A stretch of 64,000 nt of DNA. Source: a virus. The first letter of the stretch is position 1, and every line of letters begins with the position of its first letter. This document shows positions 49,497 through 61,600 of the stretch, one piece after another. The notes beneath the pieces are model-generated. The model saw nothing but the letters and a program-made list of their open reading frames with translations, did not search any database and was not told the origin of the DNA. The stretch is from positions 1 to 64,000 of IMG/VR virus record IMGVR_UViG_3300005095_000008. One strand, 5' to 3'. Position numbers and translations under genes: made by a program.

Positions 49497-50033
49497 TTAT
49501 TTATTTTTTAACAGTTTAGACATCTGATCTGTTTTATTTTTACTACCTACTGATGAACCGACCCAAAATGATACAACCATAATAATTACTGTTTTTATAA
49601 ACTCTATCGTGTTCTGAACAATAGGCCTATTTACATCTAATAGATCTGTAAATGATGCTAAGAACAAGTAACCAAATCCAATAAACAAGATTACTAAACT
49701 TAAAATAGGAACGAATCGTGTAAGAAATTTATCATCACTCGTGGCTAAAAATTCTGTTAGTTCTCTAGCATCTTCAAAATCATCAGTCTCGATAATGTCA
49801 TAGTCTTTAAATGTTAAATCTAATTCTTTTAACGTGTCTGAATCAATACTCTTTAAAAACTGCACGTCATCTTCTGTTAATTTATATTCTTCATCAGTGA
49901 TGTCAATTTTATACTTAGAAGATACATATGTTAAAAAATCTTTCTCTTCTAACTCTTCCATTTTTTCATAAATATCATGCAGTACGTAATAGAGTTCATT
50001 ATCGCGCAGCTGCTTCATTATATTCTTATACAT
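49497..50033 (-). CDS. holin-like membrane protein with soluble N-terminus
   Basis: two TM segments followed by VVSFWVGSSVGSKNKTD. Confidence 0.6.
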   Translation of the reverse strand: MYKNIMKQLRDNELYYVLHDIYEKMEELEEKDFLTYVSSKYKIDITDEEYKLTEDDVQFLKSIDSDTLKELDLTFKDYDIIETDDFEDARELTEFLATSDDKFLTRFVPILSLVILFIGFGYLFLASFTDLLDVNRPIVQNTIEFIKTVIIMVVSFWVGSSVGSKNKTDQMSKLLKNK

Positions 50034-50069
50034 AAATATCCTTTTTTAATGTATTTCAACTAAACATTA

Positions 50070-50097
50070 CTATAGAGTACCATATGGTACTCTATAG
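50070..50097 (-). terminator. palindrome after tail fibre 1
   Basis: ctatagagtaccatatggtactctatag. Confidence 0.7.
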
Positions 50098-50098
50098 G

Positions 50099-53000
50099 TC
50101 ATGAATTGTTTTCTAATTCATTTAAACGTTTTTCCAAAGCGTCTATTAAGTTTTGTTGTTTTTCTGCTGTTTCGATTAAAACGTCAATTCGCTTATCTTG
50201 TTCATTAATGTGCGAATCTAATTCTTGGATCGCTTTGGTAACAATTGGCATAAGCTCTGCGTATGCAATTGTATATTTTTCTGGATTTATATCGTCAAAT
50301 AAGCTTGTGTCTTTAAGTACTGGAAATTTCTCAATAAGCTCTTTGAAATCTTGCGCGATAAAACCAATTTGTGTTCCTTTTCGACCAGGTGAACCATCAC
50401 GTCTGTTCCATTCAAATGTTGAAGGCTTTAAGAACCTAATCGCGTCTAACCCAACAGGAATCTCTTGAATGTTTTTCTTATCACGTTTATCAGAGAGAGA
50501 TGATATTGATGAAACGTTACATCGTAAGGTTTCAATAGTTGAATCTCCTAAAACAACGACATTGCTTTCGCTCGCGCTGTTTGGTTCTGCGTTATAACCT
50601 AGTAATGTAACATAACTTCCAGTAAGGCCAGTGTTACCAGAATAAGCGCCTACAACAGTACATTTTTCTCCGCCTTTCCAGCTTCCTCCTGCGTCGTAAC
50701 CAATAAGCGTATTATAATTACCGATATCATCACTATCTGGAATACCGGCAAACGCGCCTATTGCTGTGTTTGCGACACTATCTTCAATTAGACTTACTGA
50801 ACCTCCTAATGCTTTTCTACCGTATGTTGTTGTATTTTCTACCATACTAATATATTTAACTGTCGATAGGCTTCCGTTAGCTTCTGTTGCGTTAACCAAA
50901 ACTCTAGAATTTCGATGTGTAAATGAACTAATAGCAGAACCATATTCTACTGTACTAGTTGTAACCATAAGAGATGAAGACGGGATTGTATTATTTTGCA
51001 TATTTGCTGTTAATAACACATAACTATCGGCCGATACGATGTTCCATTCTGTGTTCATGCTGGCTACGCTATCATAACCATTCCTATCACGCAGCCATTC
51101 CCATAGATAATCAGCTCTATCTGGTTCTCCAGCATGTGTTTGCACACAAGAGTCAGAAACAAGCTGTAAACCTGCTTGATTTGTCTTTCGTCTTAAGCGG
51201 AATCCTGGACCATAAATAACATCTTGCTCTAACCCAACACCAGACTCAATAGATCCTGCAAAGTAGTTAGGAACATCACTATGGATATAAACGCCATATG
51301 TCGAACCGCTAAGTTCGTCGTCGTAAGACCCGTAAAATAAATATGATTTTTCACATTGATCTGCATAAGAAAAATCTATACGACTTTTAACTCCGTATGC
51401 GGTATTTAAAGTAGCAGCGTGACTGTCTATATGAACAAAACCATATAAACCTGTTGCTATATATGTACCATTATCATTATCAACATCAATATCGTCAGTA
51501 ACCCAATATTCAAAATGTCCAGCAGTTGCTTCTCCTGAACGTCCTGCTGTAGGACTTTTTGTAATATATGTTTTTACTCCAATCTCTTTGCTAAATGCAT
51601 TTACGCTATCGATAGTATTTGTATTCTTTACACTAAGACGATTTATCGTTCCATATACTTCATATGGCTCACTTGTTTCTTGCGTAATTAAATAGTTATA
51701 CAAACCTGTGATACTATCAGGAGCTCCTGTGTTGTGATATGCGATATTATATAAACCTTTACCATGTGTAAAATCATCACCAAATTCACTATAGTTAACA
51801 AATGATTCAAATATTAAGTCGTTGTCATTTCTTTCTGTATTTCCTGCAAAACGTGTATCGAAGTATAGATGTCTATACGTGCGAGTATCTGTAAGCGACG
51901 CAGCATTATCTAATCTGAATGTCTTACGATTAAAGATTATTGAATCGTCTATCCCATCATTAGTAATATCATAATAACGTGTATCGATAGGATTGCCATT
52001 AATAGCCCAATAATCTTTACCATCGTTATAGACCCATTCAATATACGACATAAGTGTATCGTTAACATGCGGTTGAATTGTAAATTTTTCACCTGTGTCG
52101 TATAAATTTAAAATAACGTCTGTATTGTTACCATTTAATGTGTATAGTCCCAATTCATTATGTTTTAATATACTAAACTTGTCGTCTCTATCGCCAATGT
52201 ATAATTGACCTTTAAGATAACTTTCAACGTCACTATCGATGTATATGCCATACACATTTTCATTAACAGTGCTATTGTATTTACCATAGAATAAATACGA
52301 CGCGTCTACATTATCAACGTTATTAAAGTTTAATTCTGCATTATACCCATATACGCTATTAAAAGTTGCAGTGGTACTTTGTACGTCAATTATTGATCTA
52401 ACACCATATGCATTTGTAGCACCATTATCCACGTCCGTATCACTGTTATAATACGTTAATGCATTATAGGAACCAATCATTTCATATGTTGAATCTGACG
52501 TTGGAGATTTCTTAATCCTAACAGACGATCCGATTTCAGAACTCACGCCATCGATATGTGTTGCATCTAAATTAATATCAATATCAATACCTAACAGTTT
52601 ATCGATAACTGTTCCTGGATATGATTGCATAAAGTTATTTATACCAACGGCGTTCGTCAAGTTTTGTGTGCCAAGTATAAATTTATTATTAATACCAATA
52701 GCTGCTGTAGCGTCTGTACCTACTGCCGTAGTGTTAGAAAAACCAGATACGATATAGGTTTTATCATTAAGATCTGTGTTGTTTATAAATACACTACTTA
52801 AACCAAAATGAGCAGTATCTACATCGCCACCTAAAGTTTGATCTCCGCTTAATGTTAGTGATTTAATGTTAAAACCACGTAACGTCAATGGTGTTGTTAA
52901 CTGTACATCATATGTAATTGTGTCAATCTCATGACCATTATATTTCCATATGTCAGCACCTCTTGTATAATCATTTTTATACCACTCAATAGTCTTACCG

Positions 53001-55516
53001 TTAGTAGGTGTAATAGTAAATTTACTATTATCATCTGTCATATCCATTTTAACAGATGTATCTGACGACATAAACTCTAATTCGTTACTATATAGCCTTA
53101 AATAATTTTGTGTGGCTAAATCACCTATCTTCCATTCTTTACTCGTAGGCGTTTCAATTATATCGCTTGCTTTTAATACTATATTGCCGTTTTGGAATAA
53201 CTCTAATACGCCATCTCCATTTTGTCGGATACCAGTGCCTGCATCGCCTAGAATGATAGCTTTATCATTATTTAAACTAGAGCCATAACCTGCAGTTCCT
53301 ATTCCGATTAATAAAGAGCCACCAAGGTAATTGTTGATTACAGATTCAATATATATACCCCAGGAGTAGTCGGCTAATTTGCCAGTTACTGCTCCATAAT
53401 ATAAAATTGAATTCGACATTACACTATCTGCTGTATTATATACATTAGCTTCATTTACAACAACAGTTCGTTGGTTAGAGTTACTATTATTCGATATGAA
53501 ACGACTACTAGAAACAACCGCATACTCTATGCCATTATCATTACCAGAATCACTAGCCTCAATTTCAATTATATTTTCATTTCCATATGCAAAAGTTAAA
53601 TTAGACGATACTGCTTTACTAACGATTCTATTTCTATTTCCTACCAATACTGTTTCTGATGTTGCATGTGTAGCATAATCAAATATCTCACTCAATGTGT
53701 TATAAAACTTTCCTACAACATCGCCATTACTAAGAATATTAGTCTTCGTATAGCTATTTTCAACATTCTTCACAGTATTATTAATTTGTGTTGTTGAAAG
53801 TTTATGACGCAATACACCATCGACTGGTTCATTTACAAATAGCTCGCTGCTATCTTTAGTTAAGTCAAATGTATAAGTTGTTGTATCTAAAACAATATTA
53901 TCTGTTAGTGCTGAATAATTACCTATATAGCTATGATTATCTGTTAAAGTAACATCATCAGCAGTTAACACTAATGATTTATTATATAAGATACTGTCAC
54001 TATCGTTAACATTAAATGTATTTATATAGCTGTATGTTTCTATTGGATTATCGTCAATTAACCAAGCGCTTCTTTGAAGTACGCTGTCATAATGAACATA
54101 TTCTAATATCGACCCTGTTATATCGTTTAAAAGTGGTCTAAATTGGAAACCTGCGCTCGTTGATTTTTGTTCGATATGTAACCATTGCACAGTATCGGTT
54201 AAACTTACTGCAGAATCACTTACTCTAACTTCATTATTCGTATTTAGATTTTGTATAATTAATGTTTGATCTGGAATAAATACATAATCTGTTGTATAAG
54301 AGATAACTTTCGCATCATTAACATATAAACGCATACTGGTTGAGTCTGTTGCAATACCAGTCGTTCCTGTCTGGAATGCTAAAGAATTTTCGACAAGGTT
54401 GCCTCTTGCTATAGCGTCCCTACCAATCGTAACATTTGTTTTTGTCCAAATCGTATCTCCGATACCGACCGATGGAACACCATAAGTGCACCAAAGTAAT
54501 TGGTGTCCTTTAGCATACAACTTATTGTCGACGTCATCGTTATATTTATACAGAAGACCATAAAAGTTATTATAGTCAGTACCGTCATCATTTAACGCGT
54601 TATATCGCGATACACCCCATACATTTGTTAACTTATCAGAATTAAAGCCAGGTCCGTACAAACCAGAATTAGAAATAGAACTATTTTGAAAAATCTTTCC
54701 TGATAATCTCGTATCGATATCGCTACGAAGTAATTGATACGCATGAACACCATCTACCTTATCGGCATCCAAACCACTACCAGACCCATCTCCACTACTC
54801 AACGCGCTAAGTAAACTCTCTGCTGGCAAACTCTCTGCTAATTGAGCAGGTGTACTCATTCTTACATAGTTATCTGTGCTATTATCGCCTTGCTCTACCT
54901 GTGTTAAAATATAACCAATATTATCATTTGTTTCAGTATTCGTTAGTCTTACTGTATTAACTGTAATGTCAGCATTAGAATCTCTAACAGCAATCGTGTT
55001 TGGAACGCTATAGGTATTGATAGACGCACCTGTCATATTTAATGCTGTATCAGCCATGATGTTTAAAATATTAAAACAATCATTTTCTAAATCATGTTCA
55101 ATGTGATATACAAAACCTGGCTTTAAAAACCCATTCTCAAGTTCTGCACCATTTCGTTTTAATGGTTTCTTATTAGAACTTCCTAATATTTGTATTGTTA
55201 CAGCACTAGTGTTTGTTTGTTCTACTTGGAACTTAAATGAACAATTCGTTGTTTCTATATAGCTTGCATTTGTTTTTCCATATTTATTTTCTAATATCAA
55301 ATCATTGTCGCCCGTTGCTTTAAATACGTTTTGCAGACGTAATTCATTTATAGCATAAACGAGCTCTTTAGATCCAAATGCAGCATAATCATTAGTTGCT
55401 TCGTTTAGTATTTCTTTTAAATTATCTACAACTGTATTAATTTCTGTTGAATATATCTGTCCTTGATGCGACGCATCATAGTCTTGTTTACGTTCGATAT
55501 TTCTAATGCTAGCCAT
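50099..55516 (-). CDS. long tail fibre 1 with C-terminal peptidase S74 chaperone
   Basis: 1805 aa; GSGLDADKVDG, NTAIG-type repeats, SDKRDK...IGFIAQD followed by a coiled coil. Confidence 0.88.
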   Translation of the reverse strand: MASIRNIERKQDYDASHQGQIYSTEINTVVDNLKEILNEATNDYAAFGSKELVYAINELRLQNVFKATGDNDLILENKYGKTNASYIETTNCSFKFQVEQTNTSAVTIQILGSSNKKPLKRNGAELENGFLKPGFVYHIEHDLENDCFNILNIMADTALNMTGASINTYSVPNTIAVRDSNADITVNTVRLTNTETNDNIGYILTQVEQGDNSTDNYVRMSTPAQLAESLPAESLLSALSSGDGSGSGLDADKVDGVHAYQLLRSDIDTRLSGKIFQNSSISNSGLYGPGFNSDKLTNVWGVSRYNALNDDGTDYNNFYGLLYKYNDDVDNKLYAKGHQLLWCTYGVPSVGIGDTIWTKTNVTIGRDAIARGNLVENSLAFQTGTTGIATDSTSMRLYVNDAKVISYTTDYVFIPDQTLIIQNLNTNNEVRVSDSAVSLTDTVQWLHIEQKSTSAGFQFRPLLNDITGSILEYVHYDSVLQRSAWLIDDNPIETYSYINTFNVNDSDSILYNKSLVLTADDVTLTDNHSYIGNYSALTDNIVLDTTTYTFDLTKDSSELFVNEPVDGVLRHKLSTTQINNTVKNVENSYTKTNILSNGDVVGKFYNTLSEIFDYATHATSETVLVGNRNRIVSKAVSSNLTFAYGNENIIEIEASDSGNDNGIEYAVVSSSRFISNNSNSNQRTVVVNEANVYNTADSVMSNSILYYGAVTGKLADYSWGIYIESVINNYLGGSLLIGIGTAGYGSSLNNDKAIILGDAGTGIRQNGDGVLELFQNGNIVLKASDIIETPTSKEWKIGDLATQNYLRLYSNELEFMSSDTSVKMDMTDDNSKFTITPTNGKTIEWYKNDYTRGADIWKYNGHEIDTITYDVQLTTPLTLRGFNIKSLTLSGDQTLGGDVDTAHFGLSSVFINNTDLNDKTYIVSGFSNTTAVGTDATAAIGINNKFILGTQNLTNAVGINNFMQSYPGTVIDKLLGIDIDINLDATHIDGVSSEIGSSVRIKKSPTSDSTYEMIGSYNALTYYNSDTDVDNGATNAYGVRSIIDVQSTTATFNSVYGYNAELNFNNVDNVDASYLFYGKYNSTVNENVYGIYIDSDVESYLKGQLYIGDRDDKFSILKHNELGLYTLNGNNTDVILNLYDTGEKFTIQPHVNDTLMSYIEWVYNDGKDYWAINGNPIDTRYYDITNDGIDDSIIFNRKTFRLDNAASLTDTRTYRHLYFDTRFAGNTERNDNDLIFESFVNYSEFGDDFTHGKGLYNIAYHNTGAPDSITGLYNYLITQETSEPYEVYGTINRLSVKNTNTIDSVNAFSKEIGVKTYITKSPTAGRSGEATAGHFEYWVTDDIDVDNDNGTYIATGLYGFVHIDSHAATLNTAYGVKSRIDFSYADQCEKSYLFYGSYDDELSGSTYGVYIHSDVPNYFAGSIESGVGLEQDVIYGPGFRLRRKTNQAGLQLVSDSCVQTHAGEPDRADYLWEWLRDRNGYDSVASMNTEWNIVSADSYVLLTANMQNNTIPSSSLMVTTSTVEYGSAISSFTHRNSRVLVNATEANGSLSTVKYISMVENTTTYGRKALGGSVSLIEDSVANTAIGAFAGIPDSDDIGNYNTLIGYDAGGSWKGGEKCTVVGAYSGNTGLTGSYVTLLGYNAEPNSASESNVVVLGDSTIETLRCNVSSISSLSDKRDKKNIQEIPVGLDAIRFLKPSTFEWNRRDGSPGRKGTQIGFIAQDFKELIEKFPVLKDTSLFDDINPEKYTIAYAELMPIVTKAIQELDSHINEQDKRIDVLIETAEKQQNLIDALEKRLNELENNS

Positions 55517-55585
55517 TATTGTATCCTTTTTTATATTTATAGTGGTTAAACTAATTCAATAAAATGGTCTATGAACCAAAATACG

Positions 55586-55613
55586 CTATAGAGTACCATA
55601 TGGTACTCTATAG
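55586..55613 (-). terminator. palindrome after tail fibre 2, identical to 50070-50097
   Basis: ctatagagtaccatatggtactctatag. Confidence 0.7.
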
Positions 55614-55614
55614 G

Positions 55615-58600
55615 TTAATTGTTTTCTAGTTCTTCGATTCTAGATGTAAGGTCATTGATGACTGATAGCAGTTCTGAAATTGTTTTTTGTTGTTGTTCTA
55701 CTTTTTCATCTAGCTCTTGAAGTGCTTTTGTAAGAACTGGAATCATGGCTGTTTCAGTAATGATAAGTCTTTCTTTATTCTTATCTTTTACTATTACATT
55801 TTCACCAAAGTATTCTAATTCTTTCTCAAGCACTTCTTGTGCACCAAACCCATAATGCTTTATAGTATCTTTTTTGGTACCATCAGGTTTTCTATCTTCG
55901 TATCTAAATCTATCATCATAGACATACGATATTGGTCTAAGTTCTTTTACAAATTCCAATGATGATGGTAATGTTTCTATATCTGTTTTATCTCGTAAGT
56001 CAGATGGTGTATCCCATTGAACTTTACACAGAGCAGATGTGATGTTAGCATTACCCATAATGATTTGGTTATCATCTAAGATATCAAAATCACCTTGACC
56101 ATCACCTGCTTGATAACCGATCGCAATAGAGTTTGTAACTGTTACTTCTTCTTCTGGACCAACATCATTACCAATAAACACACATTCAACAAGATCAAGA
56201 CATGTATTCGCAGACCAATGTCCTATTACAACGCTATCTTTATAATAAGAGTTTTTAGACATAGTGTTAGTACCTATCGCAATATTGTGCTGCGAGAAGT
56301 ATGGTGTTTTTAAAGCGTTAGATCCGATTGCGATATTATTATAGTGCGCGTCTACATATCTGTTATTATCAGAGTCAGTCGGTTCTGGTGTTGGACTATA
56401 AAATGCATAATCGCCAATGGCGATATTCTTAGAGCTATCATTACCATCAACTCCTGGAGCCATCATACCCATTGCGTATGCGCCAACAGCCGTATTAAAC
56501 TGTTGTATAGCGTCAGATGTGCCTGTGTATGATAATGCATGATAGCCAATAGCAATTGCATAGCTTAGTATATTTGCATTTAATCCTGCGTTAAGACCAA
56601 TAAAAGAGTCATAATAACTTACGTCAATGATTGGTTCGATAGATCCTGCCATGTATTTTAAACGCCGACTTGATAATATAAGCTCACTATCGTAGGAATC
56701 ATTTAACGTTATAGAAAACGTACTTGTGTCTGTACCGATGCCATTATTCGCAATAATCTCTCCACCAAAATACGATGGAAAATTACCATCGATATATATA
56801 CCGTATATCTTGCTTGTATTAGAGCTATATGTAGAATTACCATAAAACATAGCTGCTGTTCCAAAATCTCCAGAATCAGAATCAATGTTTATAGTCGACA
56901 TATAACCAGCTAATATATCGCTTGTAGCGTATTCTGAATCTATTTGAATTTTAGATCTAAACCCGCTTATGGTGTCAGCGCCATTATCATATGCATTATC
57001 ATCATCATCTGATTTAGAGAAATAGTCAATATCAATAAGAACATCATTTCCTATAAGAACACCAGAGTGTTTACTTCTAGGGTCTTTATTTAACGATACC
57101 TTAGACCCATAGAAATTTGTTATTTCGTTAAAGTCTAAACATGTTGTCGTAAATTGTGTTCCTATCAAACTTGTTATGACCGATGCGTTAGATGATGCTG
57201 ACAAACTTAACATTGTTTCATAAGAATTTTCTTTTCTAGCGTCATAAGATATTGTTAAAGGACCTCCTAAATATGAAAATGCTGTTGACGGTAAATATAA
57301 GTTATATGCTATCGATGGTGTGTTCGTCTCATATCTACCTTCATATAAGGCGTAAATGTTATTAGCGTCATCGTATGTGATATTAATACGAGAAGAATGT
57401 CCATACGCTTCTGTATAGATATTTTCTGGGTTCTGTACATCTAAACTTGAGACTGTTCCTACTATACTTTCAGCATCATTTCTGCCAGTATCAGCAATAT
57501 CCTGAACTCTTACCACATTATATGCGCCCCATAATTTACCACTAAGAGACGGATTTACTGATTTTATTACTTCTGATTTGCTTCCAATAAAAACACCGTC
57601 ATCATAACTACTTGTTAATAGATCAATTTTAGAATATGTTGCGACCGTCTCAGTGTACACTTGAGCATCTGACTCGATAGTAAGTTTGTTATTAATCCCA
57701 AAAACATTTTCACACGACATTGCTTCTAATACAGTTTCATTTAGTATCGTATTTGCCGCAGTCAAATCCGTAGCGAATTTAGTATATTTCTTATATGCGT
57801 TAACAGTTAGTGTGTTACTGTTTAATGTTGTATCAGGAGAGTATGAATTAAAATTATAGGTAATGTTATGTATTGTATCTTCACTAATATCTACTGTACC
57901 ATTATCACAATTAAAAATGATAGATTGTGCCGTGCTCGAGTCCGATGCAAACTCGTAATCAAGCGTTCCGCTATCAGTAACAGAACTATCTGAACCAACA
58001 ACATCGCCTTCTAAAAGAATGCGTTTATCGTTAATTGTCCAGTAATCTCCATTATCACCATCATTCCTCCATTTTAACGAACTAAATGACGTACTGTTAT
58101 CTTTAGGTGTTATTTCAAAAATTGGGTCAACGTCATATAAGTTAAGATATATACGCAAATCATTATTTGACGCGCCCTTCAATGTTATTTCGTTACGACG
58201 AATTGTAGTGCGTTTATCGTCTTCCATACCTATCGTTAAAGTAGTATCGTTATACATATAGACATTATTTGTACTATCAAATATTAATCTATCAATTCCA
58301 TTATTCGCCATTGCAAAGAAACCAGTCGTGTTAATTCTTGAAGACGTGTTTCTAAAATCAATATCCTTTGGAATAGACATGGTATCTGTAGTAAACTCAT
58401 ATCTATACGCTATAGCGCCATCTGCTTGCAGACCTGGGTTAATAACTATATTACCATCAGCTGTAACTAAATTGTACTCTGACGTAATCTCTTCTACCGT
58501 ATCAAAGCCTAAATCTGTCGCTAAATCTAGCAAATACACATTGGTGCGAATACGTTCTCCAGCATGTGTCATAAATATAGAGTCTGACGCGTATACGAGA

Positions 58601-61600
58601 CCACCTTGGTTCGTTACACGTCTTATTGAGAATGAATTATCACTCCCATTATAACGCATAATATATTCACCTACTTCTGCACCACTATAGATAGACCCTC
58701 TAAGGTAGTTTGGTACATTAGAGTCAATATAGACACCATAGCTGTTAGGTAGTATTGGACCATCATATATTCCGTAATAGAGTGCGTTTCTATTACTGCC
58801 TACGCCATCTTGTGAAGTTATTTTAGCATAATTAGCATATAAAGTATTAAATGTATTTTCACTACTACCTGTGCGTATATTAGAATATGTTCCAGCAACA
58901 TCGACTGCGCCATTATCATGGTCTGAATCTACGATATAAACTTCATTATATGCCGCCCTAATATAGCCAGAATCCTTTACAGATGCGTCGCTCTTAAGAA
59001 CTCTATTATATACTCCAATAGTGTTATTTTGTGGTGATGTAGAGTATAAATACACGTTATTGCGAGTTCCATAAATTGCTCCAGTAACTTTAGCATCGTT
59101 TTTAATATATAAAACACTTCTTACTGATGTAGCATACACATACTCACCAGAATTAAGTTTTGGATAAATCATATAATTTGTTACATCATAACAGCTAGTA
59201 TTATAATATGCGTTATCGTACATATTGTAAGCATAAAGTTTTTTATCGTTTAAATCTACAATTGGTTCATAATTTAAAAAACGATATGTGACTTTATGTT
59301 CTCTATCGTCTGTTAATGTAAAATCACCAGTAATCGTTACTGCTTTATTTTCAAATGTTCTGTATTCGTCACTAAACCCTATTGCTGTATCCCGTCGAAT
59401 TGTATCAATTTCGTTATCGTTATAGATCCAAATATCAGTTTTTCGTAGAGAATCATCTCTAACCCATTCTAATGTTTTTTTGTAACTATCATTTACAGAC
59501 GGACGCATAATAAATCCACTACAGTTATCTCTGTTGTTAAGTTCCATTTCAACGACATCGATACCGTCATTTGTTCCGAGATAAATATTATTGCTGTTGG
59601 AAATAATTGTGTATAGACTACCATCATTTTGTCCGAATTTCCACATATGACCTTTAGCGTTTACATTGCTACCTGTAGCTTGTAGAAATATATTACTATC
59701 GTGGAATAACTCTAATACACCATCTCCATTTTGTCTAATGCCTGTACCAGAGTCTCCTAAGATCAATGCTTTACTATTATCCATACTAGAAATACTAGAT
59801 GTTCCAATTTGTACAGAGCCTGCAAAGTAGTTAGGTGTATCTGAATCGATATAAATACCCCATGCATTCTGTAAAATAGTATTTTCCATATATGAACCAT
59901 AAAACAACGCATTAAAATTAGAAGTTACTTCCCCATTCGTTTCGATACGCGATGATGTCCCAATAATCGAATCAAATGTATTGTTGTTGTTACCAGCATA
60001 AATTTTAGAATACGTAGCAACAATATCGGCAGCGCCATTATCATGGTCAGCTTCTGTGATGTATATTTCATTATGCGTTGCTCTAATATATCCAGAATCC
60101 TTTACAGATGTGTCGCTCTTAAGAACTCTATTATAAGAACAGACAGTATGGTTTTGTTGCTCGCTAGAAAAACTATATACGTCATTACGCATACAATATA
60201 TCACATCACTTACTTTTGAATCATTTTTTAAATGTGTAATATTCATACTGCCATATATATAATTATAATTTCCTTCTTCTAAAACTGGATAATTATAAAC
60301 ATTTGTTACACTATATGCGTCATTATGGTAATGTGCTTCGTTATAAATATTTTCTATAAAAAAGTTATAACCATTTGTATCTACATTTGCTTCATAATCG
60401 AACAACAAATATTGATTTCTATGTAACGCATCGTTAGTGAGTGTTACGTCACCTATTGCTGTTGTGAATTGACTTTTCAACGAAATCGTAGCGTCATAAA
60501 CAGTAAATGTTAAATTAGCGTCAATTGTAGCAATTTCATTACCATTATATGTCCAAATATCTGTTCCTCTGGTGCTATCGAATTTAACCCACGAAAGTCT
60601 TTTATAGTCCGTACCACTTTCATCACTTTGCGAAATGTTAAACGCACTACCATCGTCAAGAAGATTCATACGTATAGTTGTGTCTGGAGAAATAAAATTA
60701 ATTTCGTTTTTATATAAATTTAAATAAAGTTTATTATAAATATCACCAATGCGCCAAGTTCTCGGTGTAGGTGTTTCTATTGCATTAGAGTTAGCTTGTA
60801 AAAATATATTTTCATCTTGAAAGAACTCTAATACGCCTGTGCCATTTTGTCTAATGCCTGTACCAGAGTCTCCTAAGATCAATGCTTTACTATTATCTAA
60901 AGCACCAAATAAATTACACGTGCCAATACCTAACGAATTTGCGGTCCAAATACTATCTCCTATAGAAACCGTAGGCGTTCCGTTATTAGCCCATACAAAT
61001 TGATGTCCACCAGCCATTTCACCATATGTGCCATTATTAGAATGGTAATATGCTGCACCATATAAATTTCCAAAGTCACTGCCGTTAGCGTTTAGATAAT
61101 ACGCTTCTCCAATTGACCAAATATGACTCACTTTTGTAGAATCATATACGCCATATAAACCAGCTGTTCTATTGTCCGTGTCGCCTTGTGTTATTTTACC
61201 ATAAATTTTATCATCAATATCACTTCGTAGGTATTGATCTGCTGTTACACCACCTAATGTATCGATACCATCTACATATGTGCTAATAATATTATAACAA
61301 TTATTATCTTTATCGTGCTCTATCTCGTAGACCATGCCAGCTTTAATGTCACCAGCTTCTAATGAGTTCCCATTTTTATATAGTGGTTTTGATAGTGCGC
61401 TACCAGTGATTTTAATTTCTACTTCGCCAGTATTGTCTTCTTCAGCTTGAAACTTAAAAATACAACTAGAATTTAAAATATAACTCGCATTTGTTTTACC
61501 ATATTTATTCTCTAGTGTTAGTTCATTTGTACCAGTTGCTTTAAATACTGACTTTAACCTCAATTCATTTAATGCATAGACCAACTCTTTCTCACCAAAG

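Noticed and set aside
58961-60897. Diversity-generating retroelement TR/VR pair in the fibre gene
   Set aside because: Both copies are coding and in-frame, differences are not adenine-specific, and no RT is present
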